Origin: Octopus vulgaris
Lineage: Eukaryota
Assembly (NCBI GenBank): GCA_951406725.2
Contig: OX597842.1
Coordinates: 992,001-1,056,000, forward strand
Length of the DNA: 64,000 bases
Direction: 5' to 3'
The notes beneath the pieces were generated by a model. The model had not been told where the DNA came from. It did no database searches and saw only the letters and a list, made by a program, of their open reading frames with translations. Position numbers and translations under genes: made by a program. Below, one piece after another: positions 1-12,250 of this stretch (positions are counted from its first letter, which is position 1; each line of letters starts with the position of its first letter).

Positions 1-139
1 TTCTTTTAGCGTCAATGAAATAAGTACCCATCAAATATTAGAGGTTGATGTAATTGACTACCTTCTCTCCTGAAATTGCTGGCCTCATGTCAAAATTTGA
101 AATCAAAATTTTATTATTAAAGGATTATTATTACTATTT

Positions 140-845
140 TATTGTCTTTGCACAGCTTCTGACACTGGAGATGTACTACGGTGTCAGCTGTTCACTACCT
201 GTGAACTAAGGTAACATCGCTTATTTTTTGAGCACCATCCGGAGTATTCAAGCAGTTCCAAGCAATGCTGTTTTCTGCAAGAGCTCCACCCTTATTGTAG
301 CCCCTATTTGTTCCATGTACTTCTCAAGATTTTTACTCACTGTTCCCAGGGCTCTGACAGTTATTGGTACTACTACCACCTTTTTCAGCAAACACAACTG
401 CTTAACCTCCCAAGCCAACCTGTCATATCTATCAACTTTTCTTTCTTCCTTATCGTATACCTTGTTGTCAGCCAGGCATGCTATATCTATGATCCAGCAT
501 AGTTTGTTTCCTTTCTCAATTAAGAATATGTCTGGCTTCCTATTCTCTATTTCATGGATGCCCTGAATCATAAAATCCCATAGGATCTTTGCATCAGGTT
601 TATGTTTGTACCACGTTTTAACTCTGTTAAGTCCATACTTGTTGCAAAGTGTCCAATGGACAATCCTTGCTATATTGTCATGGCATCTCATATATTCTTT
701 CTGGGCTAGTGGCTTACATTGACTGGTAATATGCCATGCCGTTTCACCATTTTATCCACAACTTCTGCACTTACCACTTTCTGATGTTTGTCTATTCTGT
801 ATTTGATGTAATTAGTTCTTAATGCCTGCTCTTGGGCAGCACAGA
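140..845 (-). mobile_element. 3' remnant of a non-LTR retrotransposon with restriction-like endonuclease (R4/Dong-like)
   Basis: Minus strand reads CAAQEQALRTNYIKYRID, then a CCHC knuckle CRSCG*NGETAWHITSQC, CHDNIARIVHW and the PD..D nuclease motif KPDIFLIEKGNKLCWIIDIA (ORF 248..691). Contains a stop and a frameshift; ends in a TAA-rich tract near 110-140. Confidence 0.85.
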
Positions 846-1084
846 ATTGTTAGCACGTTGGACAAAATGCCTAACAGTATTCCATTCCCCTTTACATTCT
901 GAGCTCAAATTCTGCTGAGGCTGACTATGCTTTTCATCCTTCTCAGGTTAATAAAATAGGTATCATTTAAACACTGGGGACTATATAACTGACTAGTCTC
1001 CTCCCTTAAAATTTCTGGCCTTGTACCTTTAGTAGAAAGGGTCATTAATATTTAATCCTCAGAAGAGGATGATAAGAAAAAAAC

Positions 1085-1325
1085 TAAACTCCTATCTTTG
1101 GTTTTTGTGACTTCTCCTTTACGGTCATGAATGTTAAGCAATGTCTGAAAGAGTACATGCACGAATAAAATCAGTGGAAATGGGGTTCTTACAAAGGATC
1201 ACTGGAGTAATGTTACTCAACAGGATGCGAGTTCAGGGACCAGGGAGTCTCTTCATGTCAAGCTACTACTTTGCATTGAGCTGTCACAGCTCTGGTACTA
1301 CAGACTTGGTCATTTAGAGAATGCA
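1085..1325 (+). mobile_element. Decayed RTE/Rex3-like LINE C-terminal fragment
   Basis: Manual translation LLYGHEC*AMSERVHARIKSVEMGFLQRITGVMLLNRM, then frameshifted RESLHVKLLL..IELSQLWY. This resembles the RTE post-RT motif LTYGHE-W..EMxFLRRI..RESL..LRWFGH. Confidence 0.7.
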
Positions 1326-1954
1326 TGGGCTAAGACTATGCGCCTTCATTGGTCAGTTAAAGTTGAGACAGTGTCATGTGACAACTTGCTGGGGCTGCCT
1401 GCTGGAGCCTAGCAGTGGGTATTTAAAGGGAAAAATATGACAAGACAGTCAGTCGCCCACTGATACTTGCTGACGATACATTGAAGAGGCCAGGGAACAG
1501 AAGAAAGAAGACATGCACCCAATACCAGAGCTGAAGACACCTCTGAAAGGGGGGCCTCGCCACGTCAAAACGGTAGAGGAGTAGGGGCCGAAACCGGATG
1601 TGGTTCCTCCTGATGATTTCTTCAGATAACTGCATCCTATAAAGGAGCTGTTGTGGTAGCAGACCACGAAACACGGTTGAAATTCCTCCAGGAAAATAAT
1701 ACAAGACAGATTCTTCAAAGCCAAACCAACAAGTAGGAGACCAAGTGAGGTAGTCCTAAAGCGAGACGGTTGGATAATATTTGTTTCAAATTTGGGTAAA
1801 AGGCCAGCAAGATTGGGGAAGGGGACCAGTCGATTACATTGACCCCCAGGGTCAACTGGTACTTATTTTATTGAATCCGAAAGGATAAAAGGCAAAGTCA
1901 ACCCTGGTAGCATTTGAACTCAGAACTTAAAGAAGGATGAAAATGCTGCTAAGT

Positions 1955-2348
1955 AGTAAGTGGCTTGCTTACCAACAACATGGTTCTGAGTTCAGTCCCA
2001 TTGCATGGCACCTTGAGACAAGTGTCTTCTACTATAGCCTCGGGCTGACCTAAACCTTGTGAGTGGATTTGGTACACAGAAACTCAAAGAAGCCCGTCGT
2101 ATATATGTGTATATGTGTGTGTGTGAGTGTGTGTATGTGTGTGTTTGTGTTTGTCCCCATAGCATTACTTAACAACCGATGCAGGTGTGTTTATGTCCCT
2201 GCCACTTAGCGGTTCGGCAAAAGAGACCGATAGAATAAGTACTAGGCTTACAAAGAATAAGTCCCGGTGTTGATTTGCTTGACTAAAGGAGATGCTCCAG
2301 CATGGCCACAGTCAAATGACTGAAACAACTAAAAGAGTAAAAGAGTAA
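1955..2348 (+). mobile_element. SINE A copy (5' clipped) nested in an older minus-strand SINE B copy
   Basis: B box GGTTCAGTCCC-like, internal TA/TG tract, tail GACTGAAACAA(GTAAAAGA)n; SINE B sequence on both sides (1800-1950 and 2350-2392). Confidence 0.85.
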
Positions 2349-2620
2349 CCATTTTGTCCTGTGTGCTAATGATTCTGCCAGTTCACTGCCTGAAGTTTGG
2401 ATAATGTTGGTTCCAAATTTTGGCACAAGGCTAGCAGCTTCAGGGAAGGCCGGTAATTGATTACATCAACCCCAGGATGATTTTATTTGAAGTCTGATAC
2501 TTATCCTATAGGTCTCTATTAGCTAAACCGCTAAGTTATGGCAATGTAAACATACCAACATCGGTTGACAAGCAGTGCTAGGAAACACACACACATATAT
2601 GATGGGCTTCTTTCAGTTTC

Positions 2621-3005
2621 TTATTTCTTTACAGCCCACAAGGGGTTACGGACTAAGTCGATTATATCGACCCCCAGTGCATAACTGGTACTTATTTAAT
2701 CGACCCTGAAAGGATGAAAGGCTAAGTCAACCTTGGTGGAATTTGAACTCAGAACGTAGCGACAGATGAAATACCTATTTCTTTACTACCCACAAGGGGC
2801 TAAACACAGAGAGGACAAACAAAGACAGACAAATGGATTAAGTCGATTATATCAACCCTAGTGCGTAACTGGTACTTAATTTATCGACCCCGAAAGGATG
2901 AAAGGCAAAGTCGATCTCAGCGGGATTTGAACTCAGAACGTAACAGCAGATGAAATACTGCTAAGCATTTCGCCTGGCATGCTCACGTTTCTGCCAGCTC
3001 GCCGC
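2621..3005 (-). mobile_element. SINE B with duplicated 3' module, inserted into SINE A
   Basis: Minus-strand head GGCGGCGAGCTGGCAGAAACG, B box GAGTTCAAAT, central CCTTTCATCCTTTCGGGGTCGATAAA. Flanked by the duplication CTTCTTTCAGTTTC (2607-2620 and 3006-3019). Confidence 0.9.
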
Positions 3006-3947
3006 CTTCTTTCAGTTTCTGTCTACCAAATCCACTCACAAGGCTTTGGTTGAGACACTTACCCAAGGTGCCATGCAGTGGGACTGAACCTGGAACCATA
3101 TGGTTGGGAACTAAACTTCTTACAACAGAGCCATACCTGGAAGATACCTGAGGATTCTACCCCAACGACCATTCCAGGAATGGTGGACAGAGAAGATGGA
3201 TGACTGAATCGCTAAAGCTCTTATGCAATAGATAATTACGCGAAGAGCATTTCATCATTTATATTTCCTGATGCCATTTGAGGAAGATAAAGCTCTACCA
3301 TAATGATTCTTCAATTTTCTAAAAGATTTATTCCTTTCCATTGAGTGAAGCAATATCTCTGCCATTTCTTCATGGATTCTAAGACTTTCTGGAACATTCC
3401 AGTGATAGTACCTATTTGATATCCATCCAAATAAATACTGATTGGTTCTTTATAAGAACACCCAAACAACAAAACTTAAAAGCTCCTTTCCATTTTAGAG
3501 AATAACCATGCTGTGAATACCAGGCTTCTCCACAACCATTTCTTAAGATTCTTTACAAGCGTCTTTCATTCTCTGATAGCGTTTTGTGAGGGAACAAGCA
3601 GCCCATTATTATTTTGAAAATACTTATATTTTGAAGCTCAGTATAACCATTTCTATCTGCAGGGTTTCCATCAAAATTAAGATATCTGGTGGTGTATTAG
3701 ATGCAATTACACATAAAATGCACCCGTATTTTACAAGAATATTGTGCGAAAATATAGATTGAAATTCTGAATTGAAATTCTGAAGAGGCTGTGTGGTAAG
3801 AAGCTTGCTTCTCAGCCACATGGTCCCAGGTTCAATCCCACTGTGTGGCTCCTTGGGCAGTGTCTCCTATTATAGCTTCAGGCTGACCAAAGCCTTGTGA
3901 ATGGATTTGGTAGACAAAAACTGAAAAAGAAGTCAGTCATATATGTA

Positions 3948-4140
3948 TCTATTATATAAAATCTGTTCTGTCTGTGTGTGTGTCTTCTAGGATCTCGGGC
4001 ATCCTCCATCCGATTGCACTCAAATTTGATATGTAGATACTGATGCTATCAGGGCAGTGTATAAGTCTTGAAAAAATTACAAAAATCGATTCCAGGTGAG
4101 AATGCGATCGATAAAGCCATGGGAACGTCAAAGTCCATCT
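3948..4140 (+). mobile_element. Possible non-autonomous Helitron-like 5' fragment
   Basis: A|TCTATTATATAAAA start followed by a TCTG/TG microsatellite and CCGATTGCACTCAAATTTG, an architecture typical of Helitron-derived repeats; no 3' CTAG end identified. Confidence 0.45.
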
Positions 4141-4281
4141 TTTACTGGTGTCTCAAATTTAGGTTAAATCAGTGTTTCTCAAAGGGGAAGCCTATGGGAC
4201 GGTCGGACAAGTTGCTTTGAGAAAATTTGGTTTAAATTTTTGACAACTCAGCACCATCCAATTGGACAGAGTGTGTTTTGC

Positions 4282-4316
<35 letters not shown>

Positions 4317-5100
4317 CATACATATATGTATGTATGTATATATCTATGTGTGCTTTTTTTGTATCTCTGTCATATATATATGCCATATATTCTTTTACTC
4401 TTGCGCATGTTTCTTAGTGGCTAATGATATATGCGTTTCTGATGAAGAGCAGGAGTAGTGGGGGAGCACCATAGCCATATGGTGAGAGGAATCTGTAGAG
4501 GTTTGAATAAATACAACGAAAGCAAAGATTGAAGGAAATATTAGCCATTTTTCATACTTTCAAGTGGTAAACAAATGGGAAATAACTGTTGCTATCCAAG
4601 GACAAAAACCATGTTACACAGTATAATGACTGTCGGGAATGTCCACATAACAATTTAAAGTCAGTAACATCATGCATAAAACTCTTAACTAAATGTGAAT
4701 TGGTCCGAATGTGAGGTTGCTATGTAGCTTGCAAGATTGCAAACAACAAGTGAGGTGGCATTTTGGTAAATGAGGCGTCAAAGTATGACAGCAGATCAGG
4801 TTTCTTGCAGAAGAGAGGCTACAAGGCTATTTATATTTTAGAAGGGAAACAGCAAGCTGAGGGACGGGGTGTAGGATTGATTTGGTTACCAAGGGGAAGA
4901 GATTAAAACAGTGGTGATGTGGTGGCTGTGTGAACCCTTTATGTATGAGGCGAGTAGAAGTGAGAGGGGACAGAAAATACATATGGTGTTTTATGCTGTA
5001 TGAAACATACATGGGTTTCATCAAATTATATATAATGCATAATGTGAGTGTATGTGTGTATTGTAGAACAAAGAGTGGTGGTGGAGGTGCTAGCAACAGC

Positions 5101-5149
<49 letters not shown>

Positions 5150-5454
5150 CAAGAATTAGAAGAACAACAACAACAACAGGAATTGGAAGAAAAAGAAGAG
5201 TTTGAAGAAGAATTGGAATAATAATAATAATGGCTATGGTTTCAAATGTTGCTACAAGGGCAGCAATTGTTCAGCTGGTGCTCATCTTGTTGACCCCAAA
5301 ATGCAAAGTCAGCTTCAGTGGGATTTGAACTCTGAATGTAAAGACAGCGTGCTAATGATTCTGCTAGCTCACCACAATAATAATAATAATAATAAAAACA
5401 ATAATAATAATGCTTTCTTTGTTAACTACTGAGGGTTATTATTATTATTATTAT

Positions 5455-5752
5455 AAGAAGAAGAAGAAGAAGAATCGGAAGAAGAACTGGAAGAAGAAGA
5501 AGAAGAAGAAGAATCGGAAGAAGAAGAACTGGAAGAAGAAGAAGAATTGGAAGAAGAAGAAGAATCAGAAGAAGAAGAACTGGAAGAAGAAGAAGAAGAA
5601 AAAGAAGAAGAAAAGAAGAAGAAGAATCGGAAGAAGAAGAACTGGAAGAAGAAGAAGAATTGGAAAAAGAAGAAGAAGAAGAAGTGGAAGAAGAAGAATT
5701 GGAAAAAGAAGAAGAAGAAGAAGAATCGGAAGAAGAAGAAGTGGAAGAAGAA
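5455..5752. repeat. Compound (GAA)n microsatellite with TCG/CTG/TTG interruptions
   Basis: Directly visible; source of the poly-K/E/R/F/S ORFs. Confidence 0.95.
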
Positions 5753-6420
5753 TGAGGGTGTGTGCCTATCAGTGGCACAATCAACTAATATTCTTCTCAT
5801 TATAGAACATGTCTTCAGCAGCCTGCTAAAATTCCTGAAGATAAACCCAGAATCTTCCATTCTTCGAATGCGTTTCCAATCTCCAAATATGGTTTCCGAA
5901 ATAATAGGAAATTTCACAATCTCAAAGAGGAATCAGTGAAATGAATTTCAGCACCATTTAGATGCAGATGCTGTGATTAGAAATTTCTAGAATGGAAACG
6001 GACGAAAAGCGAGGAATTGTATCTGCCGTTAACAGTTAAGTGATATCTGAGATGATGGTCGGTTAAAATGAGAGAGGGGGGAGAGGGGGTAAGAGAGAGG
6101 AAGAAAGGGAGAGAGAGGAGTGAGGAAGAGCAACGATAGGGAGAGCTGATTTGATTTGTACTGATGAGGAGTGATATAAATATGCGGAAGGGGGGGATAG
6201 GATGTATCTGTGTGTGTATGGAAACATATATATATATACACATATATATACTCATATATAGATGTATATGTCTATGTATGTATATAAGTGTATGTGTGCA
6301 TGTGTATATATATATATATATGGGTATGTACATATACATGTATATATTTATACATACATGTATATATACACACACACATATATATGGGTATGTATATATA
6401 CATGTATATATATATATATA

Positions 6421-6500
6421 CTTTATTTAAAAGCAGCAGAAATTTAACAAAGGCTGTTACTCGGAGTTTCACGTTAAATTTCTGCTGCTTTTAAATAAAG
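6421..6500. repeat. Perfect 28-bp inverted repeat in a TA-flanked short repeat family
   Basis: CTTTATTTAAAAGCAGCAGAAATTTAAC ... GTTAAATTTCTGCTGCTTTTAAATAAAG; the same family recurs near 35153 and 35392. Confidence 0.9.
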
Positions 6501-7171
6501 CATATTACTCTACCTCTGGTTTTCGTGTACTCTTTTTTCCACCTTGTTTCACATTTATGTGTTTACTCCGGTATGTATAGATATATATGTATATATATAT
6601 ATATATATATTCTTTTACTCTTTTACTTGTTTCAGTCATTTGACTGCAGTCATGCTGGAGCACTGCCTTTAGTCAAACAAATCAACCCCAGGACTTATTC
6701 TTTATAAGCCTAGTACTTATTCTATCAGTCTCTTTTGCCAAGCCACTAAGTTACGGGGACATATACACACCAACATTGGTTGTTAAGCAATGATGGGGGG
6801 ACAAACACACACACACACACACACACACGACAAGCCTCTTTCAGTTTCCTTCTATCAAATCCACTCACAAGTGTTTGGAAAGCAAGCTTCTTACCACACA
6901 GTGACTCCTGTGCCTGAATATATATATATATATATATAAGGACAAGATCGCTAATATAAATTAAATAACGATCATATCTAGTGGCCAGCATGGAAATAAA
7001 AACCTTCAAAGGTAATAATTATTATTAAAATTATAATTTAGGGTATCTAAGAGATAATGCCATGCTGAAAATAGCAGCCAAGATCTGACTCTAAAATCAC
7101 ATTAAATGCCCATACAGCACAAAGAGAGAAGACAAAAAGACAAAATGAAACTAGCAAAAAATTACTGAATA

Positions 7172-7230
7172 ATTCCAGATCCCGGATTTCTGGCTTTGCA
7201 TTTAGAAATGCTTTACCTCATCAGTGGAAT
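7172..7230 (-). ncRNA. Type I hammerhead ribozyme motif
   Basis: Minus strand: ATTCCA-CTGATGA-GGT..GCATTT/AAATGC..GCCA-GAAA-TCCGGGA-TC-TGGAAT. Stem I is 6 bp perfect; triplet AUC. Confidence 0.75.
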
Positions 7231-7404
7231 ATACACAGATAGTAACATAAATAGGCATTTCCATGCTGGGTCAATAGAAGGAGTATTAGGCCTTAAAAAA
7301 AATAAGTACAGGAGTTGATTCATTCAACTACAAATTCTTCAGAGTTGTGCTCCAGCATGGGCACACTCAAACAACTAAAACAAGTAACAGGTAACAGATG
7401 TGAA

Positions 7405-7808
7405 CAGGAGTGGCTGTGTGGTAAGTAGCTTGCTTACCAACCACATGGTCCGGGTTCAGTCCCACTGCGTGGCACCTTAGGCAAGTGTCTTCAACTATAG
7501 ACTCAGTCAGACCAAAGCCTTGTGAGTGGATTTGGTAGATGGAAACTGAAAGAAGCCCTTCGTATATATGTATATATATATATATGTGCGTGTGTGTTTG
7601 TGTGTCTGTGTTTGTCCCCCTAGCATTGCTTGACAACCGATGCTGGTGTGTTTATGTCCCTGTCACCTAGCGGTTTGGCAAAAGAGACCGATAGAATAAG
7701 TACTGGGTTTACAAAAGAATAAGTCCCGGGGTCGATTTGCTCGATTAAAGGTGGTGCTCCAGTATGGCCGCAGTCAAATGACTGAAACAAGTAAAAGAGT
7801 AAAGAGTA
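7405..7808 (+). mobile_element. SINE A, full length
   Basis: A box TGGCTGTGTGG, B box GGTTCAGTCCC, CCTTRGGCAAGT (CORE-like) segment, internal microsatellite, GTAAAAGA tail. Confidence 0.9.
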
Positions 7809-7827
7809 CACCAACACCAACTATGGG

Positions 7828-7863
<36 letters not shown>

Positions 7864-8267
7864 GATGGGCTTCTTTCAGTTTCCATCTACCAAATCCACT
7901 CACATGGTTTTGGTCAGCCTGGAGCTATAATAGAAGACACTTGCCTAAGGTGCTATGCAGTGGGACTGAACCTGGAACCAGGTGGTTGGAAAGCAAGCTT
8001 CTTCCCACACAATCACACCTGTGCCGATATATATAAATAAACATAAATAAGTTGACGCCACATACACAATTTGAACCCTGTATCTGCTAGGATCTGCACA
8101 GCTGTGCTAACCACTACACCAAAGGTGTTGTGTGAAACCTGATTGATGAAATTATTGCACTTTAAGTAAGGATGATGTCATACTTGTGACCTGCCAACGG
8201 GGATTCCTGTTCCTACTTCAACAAGGTGTACTATTTATATACATATATATGTGTATGTGTATATATA

Positions 8268-8299
<32 letters not shown>

Positions 8300-8484
8300 A
8301 GTATACACACACACATATATATACTTATCTATATATGTATATCTACATAACTATGTATGTGTGTATATGTGTGTGTGTGTGAGTGTATATATATATATAT
8401 ACACACACCTTATGTAGGTGATGGAAAAATATTGTGTATATATATATATATATATGAGTATACACACACACATATATTTATACT

Positions 8485-8522
<38 letters not shown>

Positions 8523-9128
8523 CTATGTATGTATGTGTGTATGTATATCTACATAGCTATCTATGTATGTGTATATATACCTATGTGTGTGTATGTATAT
8601 GAACTCACACTACCAAGGTATATAACTATATGGGTGTGTGTGTGTGTGTGTGTATATATGTGTGTATGTACTAATGTACATAGGAATGTATACATATAGT
8701 TACATATCTATCTATCCATCTATCTCTATCTACCTACGTACGTACATACGTATGTACGTACGTATGTATGTATGTATCTATCTATCTATACCTATAAATG
8801 TGTGCGTGTGCCTGAGTGTGTCTGTACATATATCAATATAGATAAGCATATACATACATATTCATATAAATATATATATATACACACACACATATATATA
8901 CATACACATTCACATATACACACACACATATATTCATATACTTATACGTACACATATACATATTATATTATACATACATACATATATATATATACACATA
9001 TATATATTGAACAGATATTCGGATAATTGAACTTTAACCAATCTCTGCACAAAAGAGAAATGTTTGACCATTCTACTTTCACTTTCTTCTACCTTCTACC
9101 CTCCCTTCTCCTATTACTGTTACCATAG

Positions 9129-9247
9129 TTACAGACAGAACATGTGATGGCTCTATTCAGCCTGGTTATGTTCCCTTCTTGCTGAGAAAGGTCAAATTTG
9201 GCAGCAGGGTCATAGGTCACTGTAGAACAGCATTCTTTAAAGAATTG
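9129..9247 (+). CDS. Candidate isolated coding exon, unknown gene
   Basis: Non-repetitive. Long polypyrimidine tract plus CATAG acceptor, open frame xTDRTCDGSIQPGYVPFLLRKVKFGSRVIGHCRTAFFKEL, donor TTG|GTAAGG. No homology recognised. Confidence 0.35.
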
Positions 9248-9451
9248 GTAAGGATGAGTCAAGATTGACCAACACACATACATCTTGTCAACCAGATAAC
9301 ATAGATAATATATACACACACTGTCACACACAGACACATACGCACATATAGATATGCTTTCATACATACGCATATAATCTATACATATATATATATATAA
9401 ATATATATAGTGTGCTGAATTGGGTATATATATATATATATATATATATAT

Positions 9452-9832
9452 AGGCGCAGGAGTGGCTGTGTGGTAAGTAGCTTGCTTACAAACCACATGG
9501 TTCCGGGTTCAGTAACACTGCATGGCATCTTGGGCAAGTGTCTTCTGCTATAGCCTCGGGCCGACCAATGCCTTGTGAGAGGATTTGGTAGACGGAAACT
9601 GAAAGAAGTCCGTCGTATATATGTGTGTGTGTGTGTTTGTCCCCCCCCCCCCAACATCGTTTGACAACTGATGCTGGTGTGTTTACGTCCCCATCACTTA
9701 GAGGTTCGGCAAAAAGAGACCGATAGAATAAGTATTGGGCTTACAAAGAATAAGTCCCGGGGTTGATTTGCTCGACTAAAGGTGGTGCTCCAGCATGGCC
9801 GCAGTCAAATGACTGAAACAAGTAAAAGAGAG
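9452..9832 (+). mobile_element. SINE A, full length
   Basis: Head GGCGCAGGAGTGGCTGTGTGGTAAG through the GTAAAAGAG tail; flanked by TA tracts. Confidence 0.9.
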
Positions 9833-10044
9833 TATATATATGCATACACACACACACACACACACACACATATTTTCTTTTACTTGCTTTAGTCATTTGA
9901 CTGTGGCCATGCAGGACTTATTCTTTGAAAGTCTCGTACTTATACTATCAGTTTCTGTTGCTGAACTGCTAAGTTATGGGGACGTAAACACACCAACATC
10001 GGTTGTCAAGTGATAACAGGCGAACAAACACGGACACACAAAAT

Positions 10045-10205
10045 ACATGCCTCATCACCATTGTTCGACTGTGGTCGAGACAATGGAATTTACGGTCCAT
10101 CATAGCATTATGGAGGTCCTGTTGCTGGATGCCTGTATCCTTGGAGATTACATCAGGGTAGGAGAGAGTGCGCCCTCTGGTATCATGAACGGATGGCTTC
10201 AAGAG
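10045..10205 (-). mobile_element. Small LINE (RTE-like) C-terminal fragment
   Basis: ORF 9969..10202 gives RGRTLSYPDVISKDTG..DLHNAMMDR, resembling the RGRP..Y.D....DTG....AM.DR end of RTE-group ORFs. Confidence 0.55.
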
Positions 10206-10754
10206 GAGAAGAGTAGAAATTACACATATATATATATATATATATACGTATATACGAGGGGCTTCTTTCAGTTTCCATCTACCAAATCCACTTGTAACAT
10301 TTTGGTCGACCTGAGGCTATTGTTGAAGACTCTTGCCTAAGGTGCGACACAGTGGGACTGAACCCAGAATCATGTGGTTGGAAAGCAAATTTCTTACCAC
10401 ATAGCCATGCCTGCACCAATATGCATATATTATCTTTTACCTTTCACTTGTTTCATTCATAAGACTGCGACCAGGCTGGGGCACAGCCTTGAAGAATGTT
10501 TACTCAACTGAATCAACCCCAATACTTATTTATTCATTCTGGTGCTTATTCTATCAACATCTTTGGCCAAACTGCGAAGCTATGGGGATGCAAACACACC
10601 GACACCGGTTGTCAAGCTGTGATGGAGTGACAAACACAGACACACACAACATACACACACAAAAATACATATATATATATATATGTATGGTGAATTTATG
10701 GAAAAAAATCTCATAAGATTCATCAATTTAGTTAAAAGACAAGTTGTTATAATT

Positions 10755-11320
10755 TTGGGATGTCAGGAAAGTTCATGCTGATTTATAGTAGCTTACCTTC
10801 CAATTTATTTTAGAACATGGTTAAGTCCATAAGCTAGGATTTGACTCCACCTCCATTTAGAGCACAGTTTAAGCTATCTTTTTGTGGAAGAAGGTTTGTG
10901 CTCCTATAACCTGTGTTAATTCTGTAACCCTTTAAAATGGAAAATAAGAAAGTTCATTTTCGGCACCTGATGCTTTGGGAACCAGACAAAAATTGCTGCA
11001 GCTCGGATGGGATGTGTTACCTCACCCTCCATATTCACCAGATATTGCTCCTTTGGACTTCCACTTATTCAGGTCTCTGCAGAATAGTCTTAATGGTAAA
11101 AATTTCAATTCCTTGGATAACGTAAAAAGATACCTTGATGAATTCTTTGCCATGAAACCACCTCAATTCTGGGAAGAGGGTATTTTCAAGCTAAAGGAAA
11201 GATGGAGATGCATTGTGCAACAAAATGCTTCATATTTGGTTGATTAAAAATGTAATGGCAAGTATTTAGTGACCTTTTTCTTTGCTTTAAAAATCGGCAT
11301 GAACTTTCCAGACAACCCAA
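10755..11320 (+). mobile_element. Mariner internal-deletion derivative, copy 1 (566 bp)
   Basis: Imperfect TIRs TTGGGATGTCAGGAAAGTTCATGCTGATTT / AAATCGGCATGAACTTTCCAGACAACCCAA, followed by TA. N-terminus MENKKVHFRHLMLWE is fused to the C-terminus GWDVLPHPPYSPDIAPLDFHLF (mariner YSPDLAP motif). Confidence 0.93.
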
Positions 11321-11640
11321 TACACAAGAGGATTTTAATTCATGCAGACGATTGTTTTGTACAGAGATATAAAAATCATGAAAATTCATGTTTGAACTGA
11401 ATTAGATTAATTTAATTAAATAAATTAATTAATTATACATATATCAATGTACTCTTCAGTTCAGGAAATATAAACAAATTGTAAATTGTAAATGTTATTT
11501 ATTCTTCCTGCACTGAAGAGTACATTGATATATATAATTAATTAATTAATTTAATCTAATTCAATTCAATCGTGAATTTGCATTATTTTTATATCTTTCT
11601 AAGAAACGATCGTCTGCAAGAATAAAAGTCCTCTTATATA
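11321..11640. repeat. Long imperfect fold-back; each arm is a hammerhead-bearing repeat
   Basis: 11321-11467 is the reverse complement of ~11505-11640. The + arm reads TTCCTGCA-CTGAAGA-(83 nt)-GAAA-CGATCG-TC-TGCAAGAA. Confidence 0.8.
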
Positions 11641-11856
11641 TTTTAACAACTTGTCTTCTCCATTTCCAACTGAACTGATGAGTTTTATAGGACTTCACCT
11701 CATTATATACAAGTATTATTTTCATATTCGTAAATTTATGGGTGTAAACTACCAACAAAATAAGAAGGATCAACATTAGATATCTTTTTTAGAAATCTCC
11801 AAATTAAAGGAGGAATTTACATCCAATCTTTTTACACCTGTATTACTATACATACT

Positions 11857-12250
11857 CTTTACTCTTTTACTTGTTTCAGTCATTTGACTGAGGCCATGCT
11901 AGAGCACCACCTTTAATCGAGCAAATCGGCCCTGGGACTTATTCTTTTGTAAGCCCAGTACTTATTCTATCGGTCTCTTTTGCCGAACTACTAATTAACA
12001 GGGACATAAACACACCAGCATTGGTTGTCAAGCAATGCTAGGGGAACAAACACAGACACACACACACACACATATATATATATACATATATATGAAGAGC
12101 TTCTTTCAGTTTCTGTCTATGAAATCCATTCACAAGGCTTTGGTTGGCCCGAGGCTATAGTAGAAGACACTTACCCAAGGTGCCACGCAGTGGGACTGAG
12201 TCCGGAACCAAGTGGTTGGTAAACAAGCTACTTACCACACAGCCACTCCT
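11857..12250 (-). mobile_element. SINE A flanked by ~137-bp direct repeats
   Basis: Full SINE A on the minus strand; 11719-11856 is repeated at 12252-12388. Confidence 0.9.

Noticed and set aside
1423-1724. Overlapping 91-93 aa minus-strand ORFs and a CTGAAGA..GAAACCGG hammerhead-like pattern at 1531-1600
   Set aside because: No recognisable protein family; stem I and the cleavage triplet do not fit, so it was not called.
5410-5939. Lys/Arg/Glu-rich protamine-like ORFs
   Set aside because: Open in several frames only because they span a (GAA)n tract.
7367-7820. Recurrent small ORFs such as MSSNARGTNTD.. and ..FDCGHAGAPPL
   Set aside because: Antisense translations of SINE A; they recur because the repeat recurs.
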